Shown here piece after piece: positions 40,472 through 59,362 of a DNA stretch of 64,000 nucleotides. This DNA is from the human T2T-CHM13v2.0 reference genome, Homo sapiens, in assembly GCF_009914755.1 (NCBI RefSeq), contig NC_060934.1, one strand, 5' to 3'. The position numbers were made by a program, and so were the translations under genes. Within the stretch, counting starts at the first letter, position 1. Every line of letters begins with the position of its first letter. The notes beneath the pieces were generated by a model that did not search any database, had not been told where the DNA came from, and saw only the letters and a program-made list of their open reading frames with translations.

Positions 40472-40623
40472 GTGTGGCTTTGATAGCTGGTGGTGCCACT
40501 TCCTGGCCTTGGATGAGCCGTACGCCTCTGTAAACCCAACTTCCTCACCTTTGAAACAGCTGCCTGGTTCAGCATTAATGAAGATTAGTCAGTGACAGGC
40601 CTGGTGTGCTGAGTCCGCACATA
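40472..40623 (+). other. OPTN: OPTN exon 2 (non-coding, 152 nt)
   Basis: ttgttttacaAG|GTGTGG ... CACATA|GTAAGC; matches recalled 5'UTR. Confidence 0.88.
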
Positions 40624-40747
40624 GTAAGCATTCAAAGAATGTTAATTCTCCCTTTCTTCTTAACCAAAAACACAATAAACTAAATATAGGTTTTAAAACA
40701 GCTTTTTTGAGATAGAATTCACTTACCATGCAATTTACTTGAAATAA

Positions 40748-41177
<430 letters not shown>

Positions 41178-41298
41178 CCTCATTGTACCCTTTTATACAC
41201 CCATACACACACACGCACACACACACATGCACACATGCGCGCGCACACACACACACACACACTTTTCTGAAGCTACATATACCTTTTTTGTTTAAAAG

Positions 41299-41352
41299 GA
41301 AGAATCAAAAATGTCCAAAATGTAACTGGAGAGAAAGTGGGCAACTTTTGGA
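41299..41352 (+). other. OPTN: OPTN exon 3 (non-coding, alternative, 54 nt)
   Basis: ttttttgtttaaaAG|GAAGAA ... TTGGA|GTAAGT. Confidence 0.8.
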
Positions 41353-41363
41353 GTAAGTATTAG

Positions 41364-41705
<342 letters not shown>

Positions 41706-41880
41706 TGAGCTCCCTTCTCCCCGTTTCCATAGGTGGTAGCTGGTGGGGAAGCACAGGATTTAGCATTTGGCAAGGCTAAATCTGTTCTGATTTTTACTTT
41801 TGGAAACAGGTACAAGTAAAAACTGTGTGTATCTCAAGGAAGTAGCATAATGATATTTAGCCCATTCAAAAGGAAAAAGA

Positions 41881-42192
41881 GGCTGGGCGTGGTGGCTCAT
41901 GCCTGTCATTCCATCACTTTGGGAGGCCGAGGCAGAAGGATTGCTTGAGTACAGGAGTTCAAGACCAGCCTGGGCAAGATGGCAAGACCTGATCTCTACA
42001 AAAAAATTAAAAAAAAAAAAAAAAAGCTGGGCGTGGTGGTGCACGCCTCTGGTCCTAGCTACTGGGGATGCTGAGGTTGGAGGATTGCTTGAGCCTGGGA
42101 AGTTGGAGCTGCAGTGAGCCATGATCGTGCCACTGCACTTTAGCCTGGATGACAGAGAGAGACCCTGACTCAAAAAAAAAAAAAAAAAAAAG
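41881..42192 (+). mobile_element. Alu (AluJ-like), intron 4
   Basis: Full Alu; TSD about AAAAGGAAAAAG. Confidence 0.93.
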
Positions 42193-42589
42193 GGAAAAAG
42201 GAAGAAAGGCTGCTATGGTTCCAGAGTTAGTCCTATATATTACCTTATTAAGAGAAAGCATCCTGGTATCTCAAGCCATGGCTTTGGGCAGGACCAGTAT
42301 TTGAATCTAGGAGTAGTAAGAACTTCCTTAGCTCCTAGTAACCATAGATATTTAGATATTTGTGCTGTAGTGGCGGTACCCAAATCCACTTTATTTTCTT
42401 GGGATTTTTAAGGACTAGAAATGATGTTCATCCCGCTAGTCTTTTCTGTAAGCAAAAACCACTTCGTCTTTTTGCTGCTGACCCTTGGGCCAAGGCTAAG
42501 CATGGCATCTTTCAATTCAGAGCCATGTGGTCAAGTGGACTAGAGGGAGATTTGGTTCATCAGATCAAGTCCACTTTCCTGGTGTGTGA

Positions 42590-42964
<375 letters not shown>

Positions 42965-43755
42965 TGAAAAGATTGGTTGCCCTATTAAGGGTCATGGATA
43001 ATCTCTTTTAGAAGAAAGAAATTTGTAAAGCTTTGACCGTACTGATTGTAGGCAAAAGAACAGTAAGGTTATAAATCATTGTATTGTATTCATTATAGAT
43101 GGTGCAGATGGGCCTCTGCCTAGAACCAACAATTGTTTTTAGTTTGTCTTTGATATAAAAAATATGTTTAAAAAACCCATTACTCAGAATTTTTACTTGT
43201 TGACCTTGTCTGTTCTCTCAGTCTAAAATGGAGATTATTCACTTTACATTTTCCTTTTTAAAAATGCTTTGGAAAATGTCATGTTGTGGTAGGAGGCTAT
43301 CGCATTGCCACAGATGAAAAGAGAAAGAGACACATTTTTCTTAACCCAAAGAACCTGGAAAAATGTGCTCATACCTGGGAGTGGATGTCAAAGATGATAG
43401 TAATGACACAACCCAGAACAAGTTTGAAATCCCCACTGGGCGTGGTTTGTTAAGGAGTCCTCTGCTGTCCATGCCAAGTGTGGGGAGAATGGGTGTGGGT
43501 GGGCTTTGATGGGAGGAAAAGGGCAGGAGGTTGGGTGGTGGGAACGTTTTTTCCTTCCTTTCTGGAATTTTAGACACAGCTTATGAGTCCACTGTTGCCA
43601 AAGTGTGGTTGATTATTTCTATGATATCAGATTATTCCAGCATGGCAAGGAAGGCTTTCTTTCTTGTCATGAAGTTACTTTAAATTTTGATTATTTGAAT
43701 ACGATAAAATAATGTAAAAATTTCCATTTTAAATGTTATGTCAAAATAAATCGTG

Positions 43756-44074
<319 letters not shown>

Positions 44075-44180
44075 TTAAAGCACAAGGCATAAAGGTGTTG
44101 AGAAACTTCCTTGTCAGTAGGTGTGGGGGCAATTGAGTCTCATGGCCAGGTCCTTAGTTTGATTTGTATTTGTTTTTTGA

Positions 44181-44750
<570 letters not shown>

Positions 44751-44754
44751 TTAG

Positions 44755-45033
<279 letters not shown>

Positions 45034-45367
45034 TGAAACAAATACCACTTTTTCTTGTCAACACAAGCCAAGGATTGAGGAAATTCCAGTGTAGCAAAGA
45101 TAAATTGGCTCTCATTTTCTAAGTATAGCATAATGCATGTAAGGGTTATCATAGCTAAAATGGAAAAATATTAATTACCTTTTATGATGAAAGCTGTAGT
45201 CTTTTTTTTTTTCTTCATCATGTCCTGGCAAATTGAACATTTTTGTGACCAGAAAAGGAAAAAACCCACACGAACATGAACTTTCTGTCATTTTTCAAAC
45301 TAGGTCTCAAAGCTGTATTCCGCAGTTCACTTAAGGGAGCGCAAACATATTTTCACAACAGAACCCT

Positions 45368-45666
45368 CTTTTTTTGTTTTGAGACAGAGTCTTACTCTGT
45401 CTTCCCGGCTGGAATGCAGTGATGTGATCTCGGCTCACTGCACCCTCTGCCTCCGGGGTTCAAGAGATTCTCGTGCCTCAACCTCCCAAGTCGCTGGGAC
45501 TACAAGCGCATGCCATCACACCCGGCTAACTTTTTGTATTTTTAATAAAAAAGACAGGTTTTTGCCATGTTGGCCAGGCTAGTCTCAAACTCCTGGCTTC
45601 AAGTGATCCACCCGCCTCGGCCTCCCAAAGTGCTGGGATGACAGGCGTGAGCCACCGCGCCTGGCC
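45368..45666 (-). mobile_element. Alu (AluS)
   Basis: TSD AACAGAACC(C/T)TCTTTT. Confidence 0.93.
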
Positions 45667-45812
45667 AACAGAACCTTCTTTTCAAACAAAGTGGTATGAG
45701 GAACCCTGATACATTAAAAAGAAGAAGAGGAGAAAAGAAAGAGCAGAACTGCTCTGGTTGTAGGTTGAGGGAGTGTCCTGGCTTTTCCTTCCCTTTCAAA
45801 AGCAGCTACTCA

Positions 45813-46438
<626 letters not shown>

Positions 46439-46987
46439 TTGTGTCCTTGGAAGAGAAAAATGTACATTGTAGATAAGTCAGGAGGAGTGGGGAACAACTT
46501 GCAAAAAAGCTCACCTACTGGTTATATCTGAAATATGAATGTCTGACTGTCTTTGCTTTCTGATTTATTTGCTGCAATAGAGTTAGGAAACAGCTCTGAA
46601 TAACCCTGCCATCCATTCCCCCTCATACATTTCAGTGGCCAAAATCAAGATAATTAAAATGTCAATTGAAAAGCGTATTTTGCCAGAGTACCCCTTCTGC
46701 AAGTGATCGAAGATTACTGAGACAGAAGTTTAACCAAAGAAACTTACCCTTCTGTCAATAACCGATAAGCTGCAGGAAACCCAACAGCATATGAGAAGTT
46801 TCCAGATGAAGCTTCTTCCTTCAGGGTGCATGGTTAGCATCTCATTCTCCCTGTCAGATGAGTGACAGTTATTTTTAGTGTAAACACGTTTTGCATGCGT
46901 TTCTTCTGTGAACTGGAAAGCACTGCCCAAGATTTAGGAAGAAATATCAAAAATATCTAGAACCCCCATGGCCCCAAGCAGAGAAAA

Positions 46988-48315
46988 AATATATGTATCT
47001 ATGTTTTTTATAATAGATATATCTGTATTTATATTATATAATGAATATATAATATATTCTATAATATATAATGTAGAATATATTCTACAATTATATAATT
47101 GTATATATAATTATATAATTATATAATTATATAATTATATAATTATATATACGTATATATAATTATATAATTATATAATTATATAACGTATATATAATTA
47201 TATAATTATATAATTATATAATTGTAGAATATATTCTACAATTATATAATTGTATAATATATATACACTTACATATGTATCTGTATTTTTTATAATAGAT
47301 ATATCTATATTTATATATATTTATATATAGATATATCTATATTTATATTTATATATATAGATATATCTATATTTATATATTTTTATATATAGATATATCT
47401 ATATGTATATATATTTATATATATAGATATATCTATATTTATATATTTTTATATATATTATATATATATATAAATTTATAATATAGATATATCTATATAT
47501 TTATATATAGATATATCTATATTTTATATATATATTTATAGATATATCTATATTTATATATATTTATATATAGATATATCTATATATATCTATATTTATA
47601 TCTATATTTATATCTATATTTATATATATTTATAAATATAGATATATCTATATTTATATATATTTATAAATATAGATATATCTATATTTATATATATTTA
47701 TAAATATAGATATATCTATATTTATAAATATATATATAGATATATCTATATTTATATATATTTATAAATAGATATATCTATATTTACATATATATATAAA
47801 TATAGATATATCTATATATATATTTATAAATATAGATATATCTATATATATATTTATAAATATAGATATATCTATATTTATATAATGAATACATATAATA
47901 TATTCTATAATATATAATATATAATATAACATAGAATATAGAATATATTATACAATTATATAATTGTATAATATATATACACTTATATATGTATCTGTTT
48001 TATAATAGATATATCTGTATTTATATTATAGAATATATATAATATAGAATATATATAATATATTCTATATTATATAATATAGAATATATTATATATATTC
48101 TATATTATATAATATAGAATATATATAATATATTCTATATTATATAATATAGAATATATATAATATATTCTATATTATATAATATAGAATATATTATACA
48201 TTATATATTATACAATTAATATATAATTACATATATAACATTATATATTTATATAATATATATTTCTATATCTAAATATCTAAATATATTATATATATAT
48301 TTATACATATATACC
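46988..48315. repeat. About 1.3 kb AT-rich compound tandem repeat in intron 6
   Basis: Arrays of TATAATTA, ATAGATATATCTAT and ATAGAATATATATAAT units. Confidence 0.95.
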
Positions 48316-48914
48316 TAGAACTATCTTTGTGCATTTTTGAAGATTTTCCCTGGGAGCTTATTGGAATATAAATGTCTTTCAAATCCTGTGGGTCTTAGAC
48401 TATCTTGTTCCCTAAGTGACCTGTGGTGCATACAAATTTCTAATGGGAACCAACTTGGCCAAGATGGTGCTTTGTGAATCTCATTCACAGAAACTGCCTC
48501 TTTTTTAACTTTACCTCAGTGAGTTCTAGCATTTTGCATTTTAAAGGAAGGATATGTGGAGTTGTCACCAGCTCTGTATGACCTTAACCTTGAGAAAGAG
48601 GGAACTGCCAAGGAAAGGGAGGAGCAGATAAGCTTTCATGTTTACAGAGTCAGGTAGAATGTGTATGGCGAGATGAAACTGACCTTCACGCCTTAGCTGG
48701 GATATTTATAATCCCGACAGGGCGTGCCAGGTGAGGGGAGGGTACGTTTCCATTTCCTCTGAGCCACCCCGTTTAAACAGTGCACATCTGAATGTTTGGA
48801 AGCTTCCTTGGGTTGCATGTCACAAAAATTCATCTTTTGTCTTTTTCTTCTTTTGACAAAGAATTTGTCTTGTAGACATATTGTGTTAAATCCCTTGCAT
48901 TTCTGTTTTTACAG

Positions 48915-48988
48915 GAAGGAGAAGCAGAAGGGTCAGTAAAAGAAATCAAGCATAGTCCTGGGCCCACGAGAACAGTCTCCACTGGCAC
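48915..48988 (+). CDS. OPTN: Optineurin exon 7 (c.553-626)
   Basis: acAG|GAAGGA ... GGCAC|GTATGT; [24 protein letters not shown]; 74 nt. Confidence 0.97.
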
Positions 48989-49560
48989 GTATGTGAAGGA
49001 AGACTCGGGCTGTCAGGCAGACAGGCTGGGCAGGCTCGTCACTGGGTGCTTGTCACCGGAGGTCAAATGTTGTGACCTGAGGAAGTAACTTCTTTATGAT
49101 TTATACCAGGATCTTTCCAGAATATTTGGTTTGAATGCTATTTAATGTTGCAGCTCAAACTGGCAAAGATTAAAAACTGTTTGGTTCCTGTTTGGCTCAC
49201 ACTGACTGCTCTGTTCTAGTGGTGTCTCACCTCCAGCAGATGAAAAGTGAAAGCAAACTGGTTCTCAATCAAGTCAATGATTTGTTCCTAATCAAAGACA
49301 TGTTTGCTCATTGGTTCCCCGGTGCCATTTGACCCAGACCAGCCTGCCCAGCTTCCATAAGTGAAATATTTTCATTTTCTTTTCCCTGCTACTTCCCAGT
49401 TATAAGCTGGCATGGCCAATACTGGAACATCTTTTGTAACAATGACTGATAGCACTCTCAGTCATTGTGGGTGTTGCCTGAAAGTGCCCAGATTTCTTAT
49501 CTGTGGAGTCTCAAGTGTACCTGTCCTATGTAGATGTGAGGAAACAGACATCTTAAATAG

Positions 49561-50362
<802 letters not shown>

Positions 50363-51388
50363 TATCTCATAGATTTGTAAAACCTTCTTTGTATAACTTG
50401 ATGAATGTGCATATAGAATGACTTACAAAACGTGAAAAAAATTGTCTTCCGTTATGTTTCTAAGCCCTTGTATAAGGAAGAAAGTAAGTATTAGATAATA
50501 TTCTTTCGTCAAACAGAGTAATTGGCATAAACGAAAGTAATTCCCTTTTTTGGTTAACAATTCTTCACGTTTCCCCCAAATTGCTTTTGTCATATTTAAA
50601 GACGTTCCTGGAAGTAGTGGGAAATAAAAAAGCCCTGGTTGAAATATCAAAGCCACTTCCTCATCATTCATATCCAGATGCAAAGACCGCTTCCTCTTTT
50701 AAGCCACATGGCTATTTTTTAAATAACAGCTCTGTACCATTTGTGAGTATCGTAATTAGTTTGAGATTGATTTCCAGGTTTGGAGTTGAAGCTTCAGAGT
50801 CCTGGAAACCGGGATTTAATCCTGGCTGTTTATTAGCTATGCGAACCTGAGTCGGTGACTGAAAGAGTAGCTGCTGTTAGCATCATCATAGTCATCCCTC
50901 ATGTTTTGTAACAGTGATCATGATTCTGTTTGTCACTGATATGTCTCTTGATTTAGTCAGATTTTGAAATCGAGAAAAATACTTGACATATCAACAGAGC
51001 CTCCATTTCTCTGCTCTCATTATTTGAAACCACAAGTGAAAAAGGTTTTCTCCCCTTGACTTAAGCTGTGATGGTCTCTGTTAACTTGGAGAAAGGCCAG
51101 TGGTCTGTACAATGTGCCTTTATCTTTTGTCTGACTGCAGTCCCCTTTGAGACTAGATCTCTGGAAAGCTTGGCACCTTCAGCCACGGCTGCCTCTGCTG
51201 AACTGTTCCGTGAGTTTTGTGGTGTGGTGTGAGGTACACAGTGACTGTTTGGAGGACGTGGGTGTGTGCATTGTAAGCTGGCCTCTCCAGAGCCTCACTG
51301 AGTCTCCACACCTTCCCTAGGAAGCATGGAGGAGCTTGGCACTGGGGGTCCCAGGACCAGCTGTGCTTGTTCACTAGTTGAGAATTAG

Positions 51389-51670
<282 letters not shown>

Positions 51671-52533
51671 TAACTTGAAATATGTGTTTTTTTAAAACAG
51701 CTTTCCTGAGATATAATTAAGATACCATACAGTTCACCCATTTAAAGTATACATTTCAGTGTTTTTTAGAATATTCCAGGATTGTGCAACCACTGTTACT
51801 ACAATATAATTTTAGAACATTTTTTCCCCCAAACAGCACTCACTGTCTGCTCCTCCAAGCAATGTGCTTTCTGTCTCTATAGATTTGGCCATTCTAGACA
51901 TTTCATATAAATGGAATTATACAGTCTGTGGTTTTTTGTGACTGGCTTCTTTCACGTAGCATAATGTTTTTGAGGTTCATCTACAACGTAGCATGTATCA
52001 GTACTTCCTTTTCCTTGCTGAATAAACTTCCATTGTCTATATATACAACATTTTGTTTATTCATTCATCAGTTGATAAACATTAGAGTTGTTGCCACTTT
52101 TTACCTATTAGGAATAATGCTGCTATGAACAGTGTGTACAAGTTTTTACTGGGATATGTGTTTTTAATTCTCTGGGGTATATCGTTATGGGTGGAATTGC
52201 TGGGTCATACGGTATCGCTATTTCATATTCTAAGGAACCAGCAAATCATTTTCCAAAGCAGCTGCGCCATTTTGCATTCCCACCAGCAGTGCATGAGCAT
52301 TCCACTTTCTCCACGTCCATACCAACACTTGTTTCTTACTGTTTTCACTTTGACTTCAGCCATCCTAGTGGATGTGAATTGGTATCTCATAGTTCTGATT
52401 TGTATTTCCCTAGTGACAGCGATGTTGAGCATCTTTTCATGTTGACCGTTTGTTTGATTTGGAGAAAAGTCTATTCAGAGCCTTTGCCCATTTTTAAAAA
52501 TTGGGTTATTTGTCTTTTTATGTTGAATTATAA

Positions 52534-52809
<276 letters not shown>

Positions 52810-53113
52810 TAGCCAGGATGGTCTCGATCTCCTGACCTCGTGATCTGCCCGCCTCAGCCTCCCAAAGCGCTGGGATTACAGGCGTGAGCCACCGCGCCCG
52901 GCTGATCTGCAACTATTTTCTCCCATTCTGTGGATCGTCTTTTCCCTTGATGGTATCATTTGCAGCACATTTGTTTTTATTTTGATGTAATACAGTTTAT
53001 CTCCTTTTTCTTTTGTCACCTGTGCTTTTGATGTCCCATCTGAGAAACCGTTGCCTAACCCAAGGTCACAAAGATTTACTCCTATGTTTTTCTCCTAAGA
53101 ATTTTGTAGTTTT

Positions 53114-53202
53114 GGCCTGGCGCGGTGGCCAAAATTACAGTTGGCCACCGCACTCCAGCCTGGGTGACAGAGTGAGACTCTGTCTCAAAAAAAAAAAAAA
53201 AA
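53114..53202 (+). mobile_element. Internally deleted Alu (head and tail only) with intact 16-bp TSD
   Basis: GGCCTGGCGCGGTGGC joined to GCACTCCAGCCTGGGTGACAGAGTGAGACTCTGTCTC(A)n; TSD AAGAATTTTGTAGTTT at 53097-53112 and 53201-53216. Confidence 0.9.
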
Positions 53203-53392
53203 GAATTTTGTAGTTTCATCTCTGACATTTAAGCCTGTGGTCCATTTTGAGTTTGTTTCTGTGTATGTTGTGATATAGGAGTTCAACTTCATTAGACTCT
53301 CAGTTCTGTTTCATTGATCTATGTTTGTCCTTACGCCAGTACCACAATGTCTTGAGTACTATAGCTTTGTAGTAAGTTTTGAAATCAGGAAG

Positions 53393-53774
53393 TGTATTAG
53401 CCCGTTTTCATACTTATATGAAGAACCGCCTGAGACTGGGTAATTTATAAAAGAAAGAGGTTTAACTGACTCACAGTTCAGCATGGCTAGGGAGGCCTTG
53501 GGAAACCTAACAAATCCTGGCGGAAAGCGAAGGGGAAGCAAGGCACCTTCTTCACAAGGTGGCAGAAAGGAGAAGGAACGCAGGAGGCACTACCACACAC
53601 TTAGAAAACCATCAGATCTCATGAGAACTCACTCACTATCACGAGAACAGCATGGAGGAAACTGCCCCCGTGATTCAGTTACCTCCACCTGGTCTCTCCC
53701 TTGACACATGGGGATTATGGGGATTACAATTCAAGATGAGATCTGGGTGGGGACAACAAAGCCTAACCATATGA
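53393..53774 (-). mobile_element. THE1D-like MaLR solo LTR
   Basis: TGTATTAG...CCTAACCATATGA; TSD GGAAG at 53388-53392 and 53775-53779. Confidence 0.85.
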
Positions 53775-53777
53775 GGA

Positions 53778-53854
53778 AGGAGTTAACTGTGAGCCAGCTC
53801 CTGCTGTGGCTAAGGGAAGGGAATCAGAAGGTGGAGAGACTTGAAATTGCACTC
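53778..53854 (+). repeat. Intronic partial duplicate of OPTN exon 8
   Basis: 75/77 identical to 51564-51640. Confidence 0.95.
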
Positions 53855-54113
53855 GAGAGATAGTGCCTTCCAACTTTGTTCTTCTTTTTAAAGACTGTTG
53901 GCTCTTCTGGGTTCTTTGCTGTTGCGTAAGAATTTTAGGATCAGCTTGTTAATTTGTGAAAAAAGCCAGCTGGGATCTTACTAGGGATTGCATTGTATCC
54001 CCAAATGATTTGGGGAGAATTGCTATCTCCAGGATTGTGTCATCGCAGAGATAGTCTTGCTGCTTCTTTTCCAGTCTGAATGCCTTTTATTTCTTTTTCT
54101 TGCCTGATTATCC

Positions 54114-54144
<31 letters not shown>

Positions 54145-54993
54145 GTGTTACATAGAAATGGAGAGAGCAGGCATCCTTGTCTTGTTCCTAATCTTAGGGG
54201 GAAAGCTAAGGCCCCACCTTTGTCATCACTTCAGAGGTTCCTGGTGTCACTCATGCTTGAGTGTCCTGGAGTTCCCACAGTGTGAATCTGGTTGCTTCTT
54301 GGCTGTCCCTACTGTTGGCTCAAAGGTCGGCCTTCTTGGGCTGGTAAGGCCCCACTCAGACCTGTACTGCCAAATTTTCCTACTATTATTTCCTCTCCCT
54401 TTTTCTTTGTTCCTGTAGGCACATGGCTTTTTGAAGGTCCTTTTAGTAGAGTTTGGGCTGGGAAAAAAATTGCATGCATCTGTTCAACCCATTATCTTTA
54501 ACCACAGTCTCTTGTTTCATTTGGATTGGGACGGCTTTCCTGTGGTTATGATTTGGTGTTAAGAATGGTGTTACTTTTTTTGTTGTCGTTTATTCGGTGA
54601 CTTTTAAACTTAGCTGTGTCCTAAAAGGAAAAGTCTTTCCTTCTCTAATGAATTCTTATGAATGAGATACCATGTTCATGGAACACACATGCATCCACAT
54701 GTGTAAACACAAACAATTTCAAAAACATTGCTGCATAGGACAGTTGCATGGAAACAAATGGTGTTCAAGATGAGTTTCACTTGCCTTTTACCTCTGTGTG
54801 TATTTGTCTGTGAATCAATTCTAGCCAATTTTAGGATGAAAAATAAAACTAATGCTAATATAGTGAATGTGTAGAGATTTTGAAAACCCCTGATCCTTTA
54901 TCCCAATTGTAAACAATGTTCTTTTTAGTACTTCTGTAATAATTGCTATTTCTCTTAAAGCCAAAGAGAAAGTAACTTTTCTATCTTCTGTGA

Positions 54994-55152
<159 letters not shown>

Positions 55153-55182
55153 TAGTCCAGCCACTGAATTCAAATCTTGTGA

Positions 55183-55590
<408 letters not shown>

Positions 55591-56611
55591 TGCAAGATGT
55601 ATTTCTATCAGTATTCTACAAAACGATTTCCTATGTCTCTTCTTGACTGATTTCTTCTCCTCGGTCCTTCAATGAACAAGCCTACTGTAGGAAAAGGAAT
55701 GTTGTCCACTTTATAATGAGATCATTTGAGGATATGACTTAGAAACTTGAGGGAGAATTGAAAGATTTGGGTTCTATCCCATTACTGGTTTGAATAAAGT
55801 AGTTTGAAAGGAAAAGGTTCACTGTTGTCTTGTTCAGTGTTGTCTGGTAATTGAGAGAGGTGCCTTCGAGTCTGCAGAGAGTCTTCAGCTTTCGGAAGTT
55901 AATGAAGCCGTGAAGGTTGATAGCCATAGGGGCCCACGTGAAAGGCATTTACATAAAATATTCACTTTAGGTAATTAATTTATTCAACAAATATGTACAT
56001 TGAATGCCTATTGTATGTCAGGAGACTGAGACCTTACTGTTGAAAGAAGAGAGAACATTTAGAAAACAGATGAAGAGACCACCAGTGAATAATAGTTCCC
56101 TGTTGACTAAAACGAATTCAACAGCCAGTAGCAGGGAAATATGGTCTTTCAAGGCATCAGAAACTCATTTACAAAAATTATAGAGCTGCCAGGAAAAAGG
56201 CTGCACAACAAAAATAGTTGAGTAAACTAGAAACATACACTGGGAAGAGAGTATGGGGGCAAGTTGTTAGCTGGATAGATAGGACTGTGCTTTGACACCT
56301 CTGTGGTCTATGATCTCTGAACCTGGAATAGGGTTCATTTTAATAGCGATAAAGTCATTATCCCAGTGCATCCAAATTGATTAGTTCATGCTTTATTAGG
56401 AAACAGAAGTTACCCAAAACTTAGCAAACCTAAGTACCAAGTATCCAAAACATTCTTTTCCTACACAATGTTTGGGGTATTGTCAAAGTTGGATTGATTC
56501 ACCAGCCAGTCTTAATTGGCTACTAATGGTTCAGCCTGTTTTCTCCTAAAGAGGTTTGTTTAATGTCAGATGATAATTGTACAGATATGTTTGGGATTTC
56601 CCGTATGATAG

Positions 56612-56728
<117 letters not shown>

Positions 56729-57993
56729 TAAGAATGAGAGAGCAATTTTATCCTCCTTTGAAATATACATTTTTACAAAGTATACTACTATATAAAAACA
56801 TAGTTTTTTAACTATGTTATGACTAAAAGAAAAATAGACACCTAATTAAAATATAAATTCAGAATATACTAATGTTCCAGTTAATGTGTGAGCATGAAAT
56901 ACTTGTAAGATGGGGGGTTGGGGACTGGAGAACTTTAATTCTGCCATTTAGGGGCATTTGTTAAATGTACGAGCCTGGGTAAGATCTCTACAGTAAAGCT
57001 GTGAGCTAGTTTTCCTGTTACTGACTTAAGCTGATGACATTGATGTGAGTAAGCATAAAGAAAGATGAAAAGAGCATAAAGATCTTGAGTGACATTTATT
57101 TGGAAAAAGGTCAATTTCAATTTGTTATTTCAATCAGTTAATTATTTCAGGCTAACATGTAGATTGAGCGTTTGGCATTTGCTTGTTTCTCTTGATGTAA
57201 GAAGTTACCCAAAACTTAGCAAACCTAAGTTGATGCTGTTCTATTGGATTCATTGGCAAACATGTTTCTAGCACAATACGGAGGTGTGTGTGTTTTCTTG
57301 AGGTTATAATTCCCAACACTCTGTAGAATTATGGTAACGTGATACAACATGGCAGCTACAACTAAGGACTTTGGACAAACAGACCTAGATTTAACATATG
57401 AGTCTGCAACTTATTTGTGTTGGGCAAGGTATTTATTTCAATTCTCTGAGCCTGTCTTGGCATTTGTAAATTGTGTGTTGTAATTTCTTCTGTATACATT
57501 GTGTTAAATGATATGTCTAATGGGCTGGGCATTAATGCTTTGTGCATAGCTGTCATTTATTTGTATTATATTGAAATCCTCTTTCCGATCTTTAAGAAGA
57601 CTTAGGGGAACTTCCTTTTTCCCTTATTGAATCTTTGTCAGAAACTAAAGTCTTTGCAATTGACAGAACCTATAACTTTTTTTTTAATATAAAAGATATC
57701 CACACATCACTACATGAGAAGCGCCTTAGCTAATTACTACTGTGGTCTGTGTTTAAATACTAAAAATGTATCTGTATGACTAGTTTAAACAATTATTCAA
57801 AGAGGACAGTACTGCATGTGAGCTTAGATCTGTACTTTTTTATGTTTAGGCGTAAGGGTTCAGAAATATGGCCAGGTCTAGTGAAGAAGCAAGGAGGATT
57901 ATGTATTTCATTTTGCATTCATAAACCCTACAGCCCTAAAATTCTTATATTGTACATAACCTTGGGGTTTGTTTAAAAGCCACTGCGACGTAA

Positions 57994-58185
<192 letters not shown>

Positions 58186-58479
58186 TGAGTATGTTGAGTC
58201 AGAAGGGCAGCGACGGGGCAGAGGAGGGAGAATCGCCTTTTTATACAGATTGGAATTCGGATTTGAGAATAAATTTTAAAAAATTTCTTTTTCACTTATC
58301 TGAAGGAGTCCTAGCAGACCTCTCAGAGAGGGGGATAAAATTTAAAAGTTTTGTCATAATAAAATTATGCTGATTGTTTGCACTCTGTCTTGATTTTTCA
58401 GAAAAGATTTTTTTTGAGAGTAAGAAATGCTAGTAGGTCGTGGGGTGATAAAGGTAGGCGAGAAGATTTTTCTACTTGA

Positions 58480-58707
<228 letters not shown>

Positions 58708-58809
58708 TGAACGTTTTGTATATAAAATAGTTACATGAATCCTTCACTAAATCTGGTTTCAAAGGTTGTTTTCCAATGTATCATTATTTCTTGCATCTAG
58801 GGTTTGTAA

Positions 58810-59196
<387 letters not shown>

Positions 59197-59362
59197 CAGC
59201 ACTTCGTATTTCTAAGGATAGGTTTGTAGGAGAGCTAAGAGCATGGGCTTCTATGGGTAGGAAGGGCCATCTGCTCTGGGGAATTGTGCAAGACCAGCGT
59301 GCCTGCTGTCAGTGAATTTGGGACCCTGGAATCATCAGCCTGCAGTTTAAATTCATAATAAT

